This document shows, piece by piece, positions 47,395 to 58,667 of a stretch of 64,000 bases of DNA (positions within the stretch are counted from its first letter, which is position 1; every line of letters begins with the position of its first letter). A program made the position numbers and the translations under genes. Below the pieces are notes generated by a model that saw nothing but the letters and a program-made list of their open reading frames with translations, was not told the DNA's origin and did not search any database. Source of the DNA: Podarcis muralis (lineage: Eukaryota); the NCBI RefSeq assembly GCF_964188315.1, contig NC_135667.1, positions 25,668,001-25,732,000 of the forward strand, given 5' to 3'.

Positions 47395-48330
47395 ATGCAG
47401 AATCTAGGAGACATGAATGAGACTGACATCACTGAATTTGTCCTCATTGCATTTTCCGGACATCCCAAAATAAGAACAGGATTAGCGGCTTTAATGAGCA
47501 TCATCTACTTAGGAAATGTTGTTGGAAACGGACTCATTGTCTTCGTGGTCACAGCTGATCCTCGGCTTCACAATCCAATGTATTTTTTTCTTTGCAATCT
47601 GTCCATCATTGATATTGGTCTTTGTACTTTTTCAGTTCCACAATCTATTGCCAACTGTTTGGTGGACAGACCTGTCATGCCTTTTGCTTCATGTTACATT
47701 CAAATGTATGCTGGCATATACCTAGGAGGAACGGAATGTTTCCTGTTAGCAGTCATGGCTTATGACCGGTATGTTGCCATCTCCAGTCCACTGCGTTATA
47801 TGATTATCATGAACTGGAGAGTTTGTGTTGTTTTGGCTATTGCACCATGGACAATGGCCTTTTTGCTAGCTATCGTTCCCTGTCTTGCAAAACCAGCCCA
47901 CTTCTGTGGACACAATGAGGTGGATCATTTTGCCTGTGAGCTCACAGCCCTCATGAAGTTGATGTGTTCAGACATGGCAGTGAGCCAACTGATCATGTAC
48001 TTTACCAGCACCTTCACAGTACTTTTCCCCTTCTGCTTGATCCTTTTTTCCTATTCACGTATAATTGTGACCATTTTGAAAATAGATTCATCTGGTGGCA
48101 GAAAGAAAGCTTTCTCTACTTGTGGATCTCACCTGGCTGTGGTGGTGGTTTTCTTTGGAAATGCTATAGTCCAATACATCAAGCCTCAATCTAAGGACAA
48201 TCAGGATAGTGATAAATTTATTTTTGTCTTCAATGCAGCAATAATACCCATGTTAAACCCTTTAATCTATACACTGAGAAACCAAGATGTGCTGGGGGCA
48301 CTTAAAAGACTGACACAGAAGAAACTGTAA
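47395..48330 (+). CDS. Olfactory receptor, intact (OR-7); start at 47395 (MQNLGD) or 47413 (MNET)
   Basis: Full OR motifs. Confidence 0.95.
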   Translation: MQNLGDMNETDITEFVLIAFSGHPKIRTGLAALMSIIYLGNVVGNGLIVFVVTADPRLHNPMYFFLCNLSIIDIGLCTFSVPQSIANCLVDRPVMPFASCYIQMYAGIYLGGTECFLLAVMAYDRYVAISSPLRYMIIMNWRVCVVLAIAPWTMAFLLAIVPCLAKPAHFCGHNEVDHFACELTALMKLMCSDMAVSQLIMYFTSTFTVLFPFCLILFSYSRIIVTILKIDSSGGRKKAFSTCGSHLAVVVVFFGNAIVQYIKPQSKDNQDSDKFIFVFNAAIIPMLNPLIYTLRNQDVLGALKRLTQKKL

Positions 48331-48377
48331 TCATATTGTTGACTGAACCTTAGGGTTTCTCTTAATACTTGAGAGTA

Positions 48378-48608
48378 CAGTGGTACCTCTGGTTACGTAC
48401 TTAATTCGTTCCGGAGGTCCGTTCTTAACCTGAAACTGTTCTTAACCTGAAGCACCACTTTAGCTAATGGGGCCTCCTGCTGTCGCCGCGTGATTTCTGT
48501 TCTCATCCTGAAGCAAAGTTCTTAACCCGAGGCACTATTTCTGGGTTAGCGGAGTCTGTAACCTGAAGCATATGTAGCCTGAAGCGTATATAACCCAAGG
48601 TACCACTG
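48378..48608. mobile_element. Tc1/mariner (Tigger-like) MITE
   Basis: TIR CAGTGGTACCT(C/T)..GGTTA; TA TSD; starts 48 bp after the OR-7 stop. Confidence 0.88.
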
Positions 48609-48894
48609 TATGTTAAACTGAAATGATGCTTTAATCTTTGCATTTTCCTTAGGCCAAAGAGATGTGAAGGGGCCACATATATATTTATACAGTGCTCTCT
48701 TTTTATGTAACCCTTTTAATAGGTTGTTAGTTTTGTTAATTAAGAATATGGAGATGTCTATTTTTTTCTGAAAGGAACAAAAAATGAAAATAAAGGAAAT
48801 GTGCAGTATCTGCTGTATATAAGTACCTTAGCTGTGCAGATGAAGGCATCCAGTTGTGCTGCAAAGAATGCACCATAGCTTTTCTTCTCACTGC

Positions 48895-49140
48895 ACTCCT
48901 CCCTGTAGGCATTCATCTTTTGGTCACTGCTATGGATACGCAACTTGCCTGTCTGTCTCTAGGCACTGTGGTTGTATACAAGGGTTGATGTTCCCTGCCT
49001 TCAGGTCATGTATGCAGACATCTTTGTAACACAGAGATAGTCTGCCAACAGGCCTGGTGCCAGAAGCCATCTCCACATAGAGCACATCCTTGGAGACCCT
49101 GACATATTTCATACTGTGGACATGGCCAGGCCAGCATAGA
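48895..49140 (-). mobile_element. RTE-clade LINE 3' fragment (non-BovB)
   Basis: WPGHVHSMKYVRVSKDVLYVEMASGTRPVGRLSLCYKDVC matches the RTE pattern WLGHVxRM...PK.LLYGEL..G.RP.GRP.LRYKD. Confidence 0.75.
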
Positions 49141-49297
49141 TGTCACTGAGACAGAAGTGTGAACCTAGTCAGATAATAAAATAATAAACATTATTATAAA
49201 TTATTAATTAATTAATTAATTAATCCAAGAGGTGAGTCAGTTAACGACTCTATATAACACGAGTTCTCTTCAGTTAGTATGCATCCTTTAATCAGGC

Positions 49298-49897
49298 TGT
49301 CTCAGGTACTGTCTGGATGAGGAGTGTGAGGAGCCTTCCACCCAGGAGTTCCCCAGGGAAGATGAAGACTTAGACCCCTGGTCCTGGTGGTGGGACAATG
49401 GGGAGGGCTGAGCTGGGTGGTGGTGGAAGCATGAGGGTGGAGTGATCGGGGGGGGGGGGCATTAGAAGGCCTTTCCAGGACAGGGCTGGAGGTTGAGTGT
49501 CTTGGTGTGAATGCAGACACAAACAGGGAGGAATCAGAGAGTACACCTGCCATACCTTAGCAGGGTAGTCTCAGTCCTGCTGGCTCTCCTCCTCTCACAC
49601 ACCCATTTAGTAGAGTCCTGCATGTGACCTAGCAATGAGCCAGACAGACCCAGAGGAGGAGCTCATCCCTACGTCACAGTCTCTTGTCTGTTGGGGAGGG
49701 CTCCAGAGTGAGAGGCTAGAGGGGAATGGCAGGGCCAGAGCTCAAGTTTCCTTTAACGTCTCAAGCTGAAAGAGTTCAGCCCAGGTGAACTCACTATGTT
49801 ACTTTCTGTGAATATAAAGGCAAGTGCATTCCAAGCCTCTGGCCTCTTTCTTATTGAGCTGCAGGGGCCTGGCACTTCCCTGTTAGCCCTCATTACA
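49298..49897 (+). mobile_element. Solo-LTR-like element
   Basis: TG...CA ends, purine-rich body, A-rich signal near 49815. Both ends are embedded in an 8-bp repeat CAGGCTGT. Confidence 0.45.
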
Positions 49898-49983
49898 GGC
49901 TGTATGGCTAGTTAGAGAATGCAGCATGGACACATTAATGGCAAAATGTGATACTGAATCAGCCTTTCACCTGCTACCTAGAC

Positions 49984-50119
49984 CAGTGTTTCCCAACCTT
50001 GGGCCTCCAGCTGTTTTTGGACTACAACTCCCATCATCCCTAGCTAGCAGGACCAGTGGTCAGGGATGATGGGAATTGTAGTTCAAAAACAGCTGGAGGC
50101 CCAAGGTTGGGAAACACTG
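49984..50119. mobile_element. hAT (Charlie-like) MITE, 136 bp
   Basis: Same family as 39588; 8-bp TSD ACCTAGAC. Confidence 0.92.
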
Positions 50120-50740
50120 ACCTAGACATGCGGATGATTTCTACTGGTTAGGGTTACAGGTCTGGCCTTCAGGGAAGTGGACACTATCTAGATGATTATG
50201 TATTAATGGGGCCAGCTTCATTGCAGACTTGTTGGCAACTCATGGAGTTCACCACTTTGACAGGGGAACTGTGCATTCCACTGGCCACAGATAAGACCGG
50301 CGGTCCAGTCACTGCACTTACCTATTTAGGGATATAATAAGATTCAGTGGCCCAGACTGAAAAGTTAGTCTGTAAGGTCTGATTGCTCAGTTGCTACAGC
50401 AAAAGAAGGCCACATCAAGGCAGGTGCAATCCCGTCTCAGTCACCTGAACTTCACTTGCCAGGTTATAGCCCCAGGCAGAGCCTTTTGCATTTTTCTAGC
50501 CCAACTCTAGCCCTCCTGCATATTGGCTCCCCATCATCATGTCAGTCTCACAAAGGCTTTCAAAGTTTATGTATTGGTTTGGCTAAAGTTACTCCAGGAT
50601 GATAGTACTGGCCTAATATTTCTGGGCAGGAAGTTGCAAAGTGCCACCAGCACTTTAGAAGACTCTACTGTTTTCTAGTAAACTTGGTGTGATTCCTTTT
50701 CATTAAATCGTTGAGGCCTAAACACTCTTTCTTGAACATA

Positions 50741-50991
50741 CAGTGGTACCTTGGTTGTTGAATGGCTTGGCTCCCGAACAAATCAGCTCCCAAACACTTC
50801 AAACCCTGAAGTTAGTGTTCTGGTTTGCAAATGTTTTTCGGAAGCTGAACATCTGGCACAGCTTCGGCAGTTTCTGATTGAGTGCAGGAAGCTCCTGCAG
50901 CCAATCAGAAGCCTTGCCTTGGTTTTCGAACAGTTCCAGGAGTCGAACATACTCCCGGAATGGATCAAGTTCAACAACCAAGGTACCACTG
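50741..50991. mobile_element. Tc1/mariner (Tigger-like) MITE
   Basis: 22-bp perfect TIR CAGTGGTACCTTGGTTGTTGAA; TA TSD. Confidence 0.9.
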
Positions 50992-52286
50992 TAAATAGTT
51001 TTGTGATGATAACTATATATTTATTTGACTAGTTATAAGAGTTCCTTGAATGCTTGCAAGTAAATTAGTCAATAGGGATCATTTCATATGGGAATGCAGA
51101 AGGATATAGCTGAAATCAAGAAGTAATATAATGTTATGTATCTTTATCCAGATGTGACAATGCTTCAGTATATTTTTTCATTGAAACATAAATACACCTG
51201 ATTAAGAACCAAATCTGTGTCATCTCTACAAAGATAGCTATTGAAGGACCAGAGAGCATATGAAAAAGAACTCAGAAAGTAAATGCCATATAGCCAGCTT
51301 TGAGATTTTAATTGTATTAGTTCATTTTTAAGTTGATAAAGCTAGTAAGCCAAAAGGAATCAGAAAAAAGGATTCTGAAAACATATTGATATTAATGTGC
51401 TAGATACAGAACAGTTTTGAATTTAAGGGATAATTAAAAATATTACTTTTTAATTTGCAAGGAACTCCATCATAGCTGCAAAAACCTCCACTTTCTTTCC
51501 CAAAGTCTCTTGAAATTGTTGTTGTGTTATCCTACCAGAACTATGGGGAAAATATTTGGAAATAACCAGAATACACTGAATGTTTTTAGAGAAAGCCTAT
51601 TGTCAAAACTGAATAGATTTGAAGATTGTATTTAAAAGGTAAGTTATCATTTTTAATTAACCTTATGTATTCCACTTAGTTATTCTTGGATATGCTAGCT
51701 TGTACATTAAATACTATGCCTCTGTTGTATACAGCTTCATTAGAAGAGTTACATGCATACTTACATTATCTACCACTGATATGAATGAAAAAGTACTTAA
51801 AAGAAATAAAATTATATTATATGGGAGTCATATATTCAAATGTCTGAAATCTCACTCTAATATAGCACAAGAAATAGACAAAATTATTTTGCATTCTATT
51901 GACCTGTTATTTTTATGTTAAACAATTTTTTAGTGAATTCACTTAGAAATCTTTTTAAATGTGTTTGTGATGTTTCCCCAGACGTGGTGTGAGAACGCAG
52001 GAACATAGGGGGGGAAAAAAGGGAAACATCTAAAAAGATCTCAGGCTTTCTCAATAAATTACCTGTGATGCATATTAGTTCAGCTGTCTATCCAGGGAGT
52101 TTCTATAATTTTGATCCTACACATTTTTATCTAATCATAGCATTATCAATTTCAAGGTTGATACTGTAGTTTCAATACTGTAAATGTCTAGTTTATATAT
52201 AAATTCTTTTACTTTCTCAAATATTAAGCAACTTTTATTTCTCCCCTGATCACCAAAAACAAATCTTTATACAGGACTTAGAAGAT

Positions 52287-53210
52287 ATGAATGAGTCTGA
52301 AATAACTGAATTCATCCTCATTGGATTTTCTGGACATCCCAAAACAAAGATAGGATTGGCGGCTTTAATGACCATCATCTACTTAGGAAACATAATCGGA
52401 AATGGACTCATTCTGTTTGTAGTCATAGCTGATCCTCGGCTCCATAATCCAATGTACTTCTTCCTTTGTAATCTGTCCATCATTGATATCTGTCTTTGTA
52501 CATCTTCAGTTCCACAATCTATTGCCAACTGTTTGGTGGACAGACCCGTCATGTCTTTTGCTAAATGTTACATTCAGATGTACACTGGTATATACCTTGG
52601 ATCAACAGAATGTTTCTTGTTGGCAGTCATGGCTTATGACCGCTATGTTGCCATCTCCAATCCACTCCGTTATATGCTTATCATGAACTGGAAAGTTTGC
52701 ATTGTTTTGGCTATTGTATCGTGGACAATAGCCTTCTTACTTGCTATTGTTCCCTGTCTTGCAAATCCTGCCCACTTCTGTGGACATAATGAGGTGGATC
52801 ATTTTGCATGTGAGCTCACAGCCATCATGAAATTAATTTGTTCTAACATGTCTGTGGGACAACTGTCAATGTACTTCACCAGCACCGGCACAATCCTTTT
52901 CCCCTTCTGTTTCATCCTTTTTTCATATGCACGTATCCTTGTGGCCATTTTGAGAATCCATTCATCTGGAAGCAGACTGAAAGCTTTCTCTACTTGTGGA
53001 TCTCACCTAGCTGTGGTGCTGGTGTTCTTTGGAAATGCTATAGCACTATACATCAAACCTCAGTCTAAAGACAAACAGGCTAGTGACAAAATTATTTATA
53101 TCTTTAATCAAGCACTGGTACCCATGTTAAACCCTTTAATCTACACACTGAGAAACCAGGATGTGTTAGGAGCACTTAAAAAGGTGGTGGGGAAGAACCT
53201 GCAGTCATAA
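52287..53210 (+). CDS. Olfactory receptor, intact (OR-8, 307 aa)
   Basis: Full OR motifs; NES glycosylation site. Confidence 0.97.
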   Translation: MNESEITEFILIGFSGHPKTKIGLAALMTIIYLGNIIGNGLILFVVIADPRLHNPMYFFLCNLSIIDICLCTSSVPQSIANCLVDRPVMSFAKCYIQMYTGIYLGSTECFLLAVMAYDRYVAISNPLRYMLIMNWKVCIVLAIVSWTIAFLLAIVPCLANPAHFCGHNEVDHFACELTAIMKLICSNMSVGQLSMYFTSTGTILFPFCFILFSYARILVAILRIHSSGSRLKAFSTCGSHLAVVLVFFGNAIALYIKPQSKDKQASDKIIYIFNQALVPMLNPLIYTLRNQDVLGALKKVVGKNLQS

Positions 53211-56200
53211 TATTGGATGAATCTTATGAATTTTAATGGCATTTTAAATTATCATATCACTGTCATGTTTTTAATAAGCTTTTTTAAAAAAAATTCCTTG
53301 TAAAGAACTTTATATTTCTGAAATGTGCAATAAAAGGAAATAAAAACATAAAAAATAAAACATAATAATAAGAAACTAAAGCACAAGTTTTGTTGTCATG
53401 ATGTATGACCTTTTTATCTATCATCTATCTATCTAGTTGTTCTGTAAATCAGATATGGGCTATCCTACCAGAATGATTTAATCTGTTCAATATATTAGAA
53501 AGATAAGCTATTAAAATGATAAAGCAGAAATGGTGAATTGGTGGTCCTACAAATGATGTTTGACTCCTTCTCACAGCAGCCTGAGCAACCGTAATAAGTA
53601 GTCAGGGATGATAGAAGCTTTAGTCCTGCAATATTTAGAAGTCCACAGGTTCCTCAACCCTATGATAAAGCAAATAATTTGGAAACCAAAAGGCCCAGTT
53701 ATCAGATGATATCTTCCTATAACCTAGCATTGGATCACCTCTGGTTTCTGGAACTAAATAAGCCCGGCAGAGATCTTAATTTGTTCTGCAAAGTCATGTT
53801 TGCCAAGTCAAGCCATGCCCTCCCACCCTACACCTGATGTCAAAAATTTAAATTCTGAGAAGTTATTTAGGATGTATAAAAATGTTCCAAATACTGGCCG
53901 AAAGTGTCAAGAAAAATGAAGGGACATTTTATCATGCTTGGTGGACATGTAAAAAAGCTTTTAAAAAGTATTGGATTCAAATACATATGCTGATACAGAG
54001 GATTTTGGAGATCAAGTTTCATTTGAAACTAGTACTCTTCCTACTGGGACTAATGGATATAGAATTAGAAAAAGACTGAAACTTTATTTCAATATGTTTC
54101 AATATAGCAGAAATACATTTGTTTCAATATAGCAGCAATACATTTATATGCACAGATACCTAAAGTTGAGGATAGTTATTAAAATTACTGGACTTAGCAG
54201 AGTTAGTGAAATCAATGTGCTTAATCAGAATAATCACTGTTAATATTTACTAAAGATTGAAAACTTCTTAGAGACTTTTTTCATGAAACAGAAAATGAAC
54301 TTTTAATATCTGGCTTTGAAAACTGAAAATAATGTTGGTTTATAGAAGGTAGATTTCCTGTTGGGTGTTATCTTGGAGTGGGCATGTTGAATAATTTTCT
54401 ATATAGCTGGCAGATGAAGAATCAGAAGTTCTCTTTATTTTTATCCCCCCCCCCTTTCCCATTCATTTATTCCCTTCTTTTCTCTATTTCTGCCCTGTGT
54501 TTTTATTTAGATTAGCATTTTAGTCTTGATAAAAAGATATCTGATAGTCATATTTGTATCCCCCCCCCAATTTCAATAACATTTACTAAAAAAAGAAAAA
54601 CAAATAGGCAACTTTTAAGAATTAACACCTACAACTGCAAGGTTATTTTTTAGTCCAATGCACATCCTTGCCATATTTCCAGTCATTTCTTTGGACAAAT
54701 GAGATACAGCATAATATAGACAACATTTGTGTGTTATATAATAGACCTATAAGCATTTTACAAGTCTAATATATTCTTCCAGAATACCAATAAAATGCAA
54801 AATAAACATTAACTTCAGGTGTGTGTGGACGTGTGTGTGTGTGTAAACTAGCATGTATAAAATGTGTATACTTTTTAACATAACACAACTTCTGGAGCAC
54901 AAAAGATAATAGCAGGCACCCAAAACAATGCCATAATGTTGTCTGCCTAATATCTGTTGGTAGAAAGTTCTAAAGTGCCACCTACACTTTTTTAAGACCA
55001 GACTCAGTGGATGCAGGAGGGGATCCGAATAACCCTTGAGTGTGTTCAAGTAAGTTCAGTGGGATTAATTTTGCTCAAGTTGTTGAGGTCTACAGTTTCG
55101 TTGTGAAACCTAGTTTTCTGATGATAACTTCAGATTTATAAGTTGGATAGTTGTAGATCTATTTTCACCGCTCTCAAACAAAGTAGTCAGTGGGGATTGT
55201 ATCATATGGGAATGCGGAAGGGCAAATCAGAAATCAAGAACTAATATAGCACTGTGTATCTTTAGCTGGATGTAACAATGCACACACACAAATACACATA
55301 CCTGTTGTTTAGGAATTAAACTTATGCTACTTATATAAGGATAATTACTGAAGGCCTGGATAATGTAAGAAAAATAATTAAGAATGTAAAAGTGCTATAG
55401 CCAGCTTTCAGACCTTTATTGCTTTCCTTTCTTTTTAATTTGATGAACATAGTGAGTCAAAAGGAATCAGTAACATGGATTCTGAACATGTGTTGTTAGT
55501 AATACACTAGATCCAGAACTGTATATTACATTTTTAATTTGCAAAAAATGCCACTATAGCTCCAAACATCTTCTTCTCAGTCTTGCATTATGTTACCAAA
55601 ATATTCTTGCATTATCTTACCAAAATTGTGGGGGGAAATCTATGACAATGAGCTGATGTTTAAAAAAGCATATTGTCACAACTGAGTAGATTTTTCACCC
55701 TCATTTGAAGAGATTTTTTAAAAGGTAAGCTCTTCTTTAATTGACCTGATTATTTGGATTCAACTGTTTCGATTTGTATTGTAAACAACTCTGTGATCCT
55801 TGGATGAAGAACAATATATAAATGTAATAATAATTATGAAAATAATATACCTCTGTTCTATAAAGCTTCATTAAAAGTGTCACAATGCATCAGTCCAACT
55901 GAAATCCCTGGAAGGTTTAAAGATTTAACTTTGACAAAGCCTTACCCATTTTTAACCTTCATCTGAAAGGGATGAAAATCAATGAAATAATAATCTGGGA
56001 TGCTTCCAGCCAACTGAAAACAGTTTTTCCCCCTTCCTCTTGCAACTGTTAAAAATGTTTTAGAAACATGCTGGGGAATTTTAAAATGTGCCTTAAATGA
56101 AAACGTTGTTTTGTTTTTTATTAGTGTCCATTTGAAAGTGTAGAAACATTACATAGTTCTAGATAAAATGGAAGATAACATAACAAGAGAAAATAGCTTT

Positions 56201-56525
56201 AAAAACCCCATTTCACATGTAAATTATAATTAGATAGCATAGCATAGTTACCTTATACTGAGTCACACTATTAGGCCATTTAGCTCATTATCTTCTATGC
56301 TGACCGACAGTGACTCTTTGGGGTTTCAGACAGGGAGCGTTTTTGTCCCTATTTGAAGATTGAATTAGGAACCATCTTCACACAAAGCAGATGCTCTTCC
56401 ATTGAGCTGCAGCCCTCCTTCCTAAATTATCAGATATTATGACGTTAGGTATATGCATATAACATGAATGCCTATTGGTATCAATCATTTTGGCTGAATA
56501 GTGTTTTGTGTATTTGGTCTACCAA

Positions 56526-56590
56526 AGGGACGTGGGTGGCAATGTGGTCTAAACCACAGAGCCTAGGGCTTGCCAATCAGAAGGTCGGAT
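56526..56590 (+). mobile_element. Sauria SINE 5' fragment
   Basis: GGGACGTGGGTGGCAATGTGG...CAGAGCCTAGGGCTTGCC. Confidence 0.75.
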
Positions 56591-56754
56591 GATATTTATT
56601 CATCTTCGGGTTTTTCAGTTTAGTCTGGCAGATCTATTGTACTGCTATTGTTAGAGTCATATTTTAATTTGTAATTATTTCTAATAAATCCCAGTACAAA
56701 ACCAGGAGCCATATGTAAATGAATTGGTTTCCTTTCTATTGAACAATTCTACAG

Positions 56755-57300
56755 TTGGAATTAGGAGAATTTTACAGAAATATTTGTGTTTCATTGGATA
56801 TTGGATATATTAAATTAACTGTATTGCTTTGGAATCAAGGCCAGAATGGGCTTCATGAATTTTCTGATCTTAACCTCCTTTGTGACAATAATTATAAATG
56901 GACTCATAGTCTTACGTAGTTGCTAAGTTGAATGCACATTTTTCCATGGTTGACACTGTTTTACCACCACTTCATTCTCATAAGCTATTGCTGTTTAGTG
57001 GACAGACCTATCATGCCATTAACCAGGTGTATGTTGCAATCTCCAGTCCCATATATTACGTATATGATCATCATGAAATAATATGTTTGCATTGCAATGC
57101 ATGCCTCATGTACATCAACTTGCAGTTGGTAGCTGTGCCCTTGTATTGTCTCATGCACTTCATATTTCCTACTGTTTCAAGCTTTGCTGATTCAGTAAAT
57201 TAATTTGGACACAGTGATACATAACATGTAGCATGTGAGGTTTCATTAAATAGATCTACTCAGCTAGCATATTGGACAAACTGGTTATGAAGTACATGTA
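56755..57300 (+). pseudogene. OR pseudogene relic (N-terminus to TM5, with internal deletions), OR-6-like
   Basis: AGAATGGGCTTCATG...GTGACAATAATT..AATGGACTCAT, TTAGTGGACAGACCT, ATCTCCAGTCCC...ATGATCATCATGA align with OR-6. Confidence 0.75.
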
Positions 57301-57362
57301 CTCCCCCCCCCCAAAGTCTCTTTCCCCACAATATCACTGGGTTTTTTGTATATCAGTTCATG

Positions 57363-57422
<60 letters not shown>

Positions 57423-57746
57423 TGCCCTATACCCAGAGGTCTCAGGGTGGTTCACAGGGTGGTTCACAGAATAAAATCAAAATATAAAGCCACAAAATAC
57501 ATAATCAAAATAAAAAACAACAACAACCCCCCCCCTCTTGATTATCTATTTAGCTATCAGTTCTATAGTTCATATCCTAAAAATTGTTGATGCAATTTAA
57601 TGGTATCAGTATCTTGGTTCACAATATTCATATAAATTCGATTTATATATAAGTTATATATGGTTAATCATCTAGCTTTCTCAGATATTGAATATCTTTA
57701 ATATCTTCCTTTATCACCCCCAAAAATCTTTCTGCAGAACGTATAA

Positions 57747-58667
57747 ATGAATGAGACTGACATCACTGAATTCGTCCTCATTGGCTTCTCTGGACATCCC
57801 AAAACAAAGATAGGATTGGCGGCTTTAATGACCATCATCTACTTAGGAAACATAATCGGAAATGGACTCATTCTGTTTGTAGTCATAGCTGATCCTCGGC
57901 TCCATAATCCAATGTACTTCTTCCTTTGTAATCTGTCCATCATTGATATCTGTCTTTGTACATCTTCAGTTCCACAATCTATTGCCAACTGTTTGGTGGA
58001 CAGACCTGTCATGTCTTTTGCTAAATGTTACATTCAGATGTACACTGGTATATACCTTGGATCAACAGAATGTTTCTTGTTGGCAGTCATGGCTTATGAC
58101 CGCTATGTTGCCATCTCCAATCCACTCCGTTATATGCTTATCATGAACTGGAAAGTTTGCATTGTTTTGGCTATTGTATCATGGACCATGGCCTTCTTAC
58201 TTGCTATTGTTCCCTGTCTTGCAAATCCTGCCCACTTCTGTGGACATAATGAGGTGGATCATTTTGCATGTGAGCTCACAGCCCTCATGAAATTAATTTG
58301 TTCTGACAAGGCTGTGGGACAACTGACAATGTACTTCACCAGCACCTGCACAGTCCTTTCCCCCTTCTGTTTCATCCTCTTTTCGTATGCACGTATCCTT
58401 GTGGCCATTTTGAGAATCCATTCATCTGGAAGCAGACTGAAAGCTTTCTCTACTTGTGGATCTCACCTAGTTGTAGTGCTGGTGTTCTTTGGAAATTCTA
58501 TAATCACATATATCAAACCTCAATCTAAGGACAGTCATACTATTGATAAAATTATTTATATCTTTAATGCAGCACTGATACCTATGTTAAACCCTTTAAT
58601 CTATACACTGAGAAACCAGGATGTGTTAGGAGGGCTCAAAAGGCTGGTGGAGAAGAAACTGCAGTGA
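57747..58667 (+). CDS. Olfactory receptor, intact (OR-9, 306 aa)
   Basis: Full OR motifs. Confidence 0.97.
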   Translation: MNETDITEFVLIGFSGHPKTKIGLAALMTIIYLGNIIGNGLILFVVIADPRLHNPMYFFLCNLSIIDICLCTSSVPQSIANCLVDRPVMSFAKCYIQMYTGIYLGSTECFLLAVMAYDRYVAISNPLRYMLIMNWKVCIVLAIVSWTMAFLLAIVPCLANPAHFCGHNEVDHFACELTALMKLICSDKAVGQLTMYFTSTCTVLSPFCFILFSYARILVAILRIHSSGSRLKAFSTCGSHLVVVLVFFGNSIITYIKPQSKDSHTIDKIIYIFNAALIPMLNPLIYTLRNQDVLGGLKRLVEKKLQ

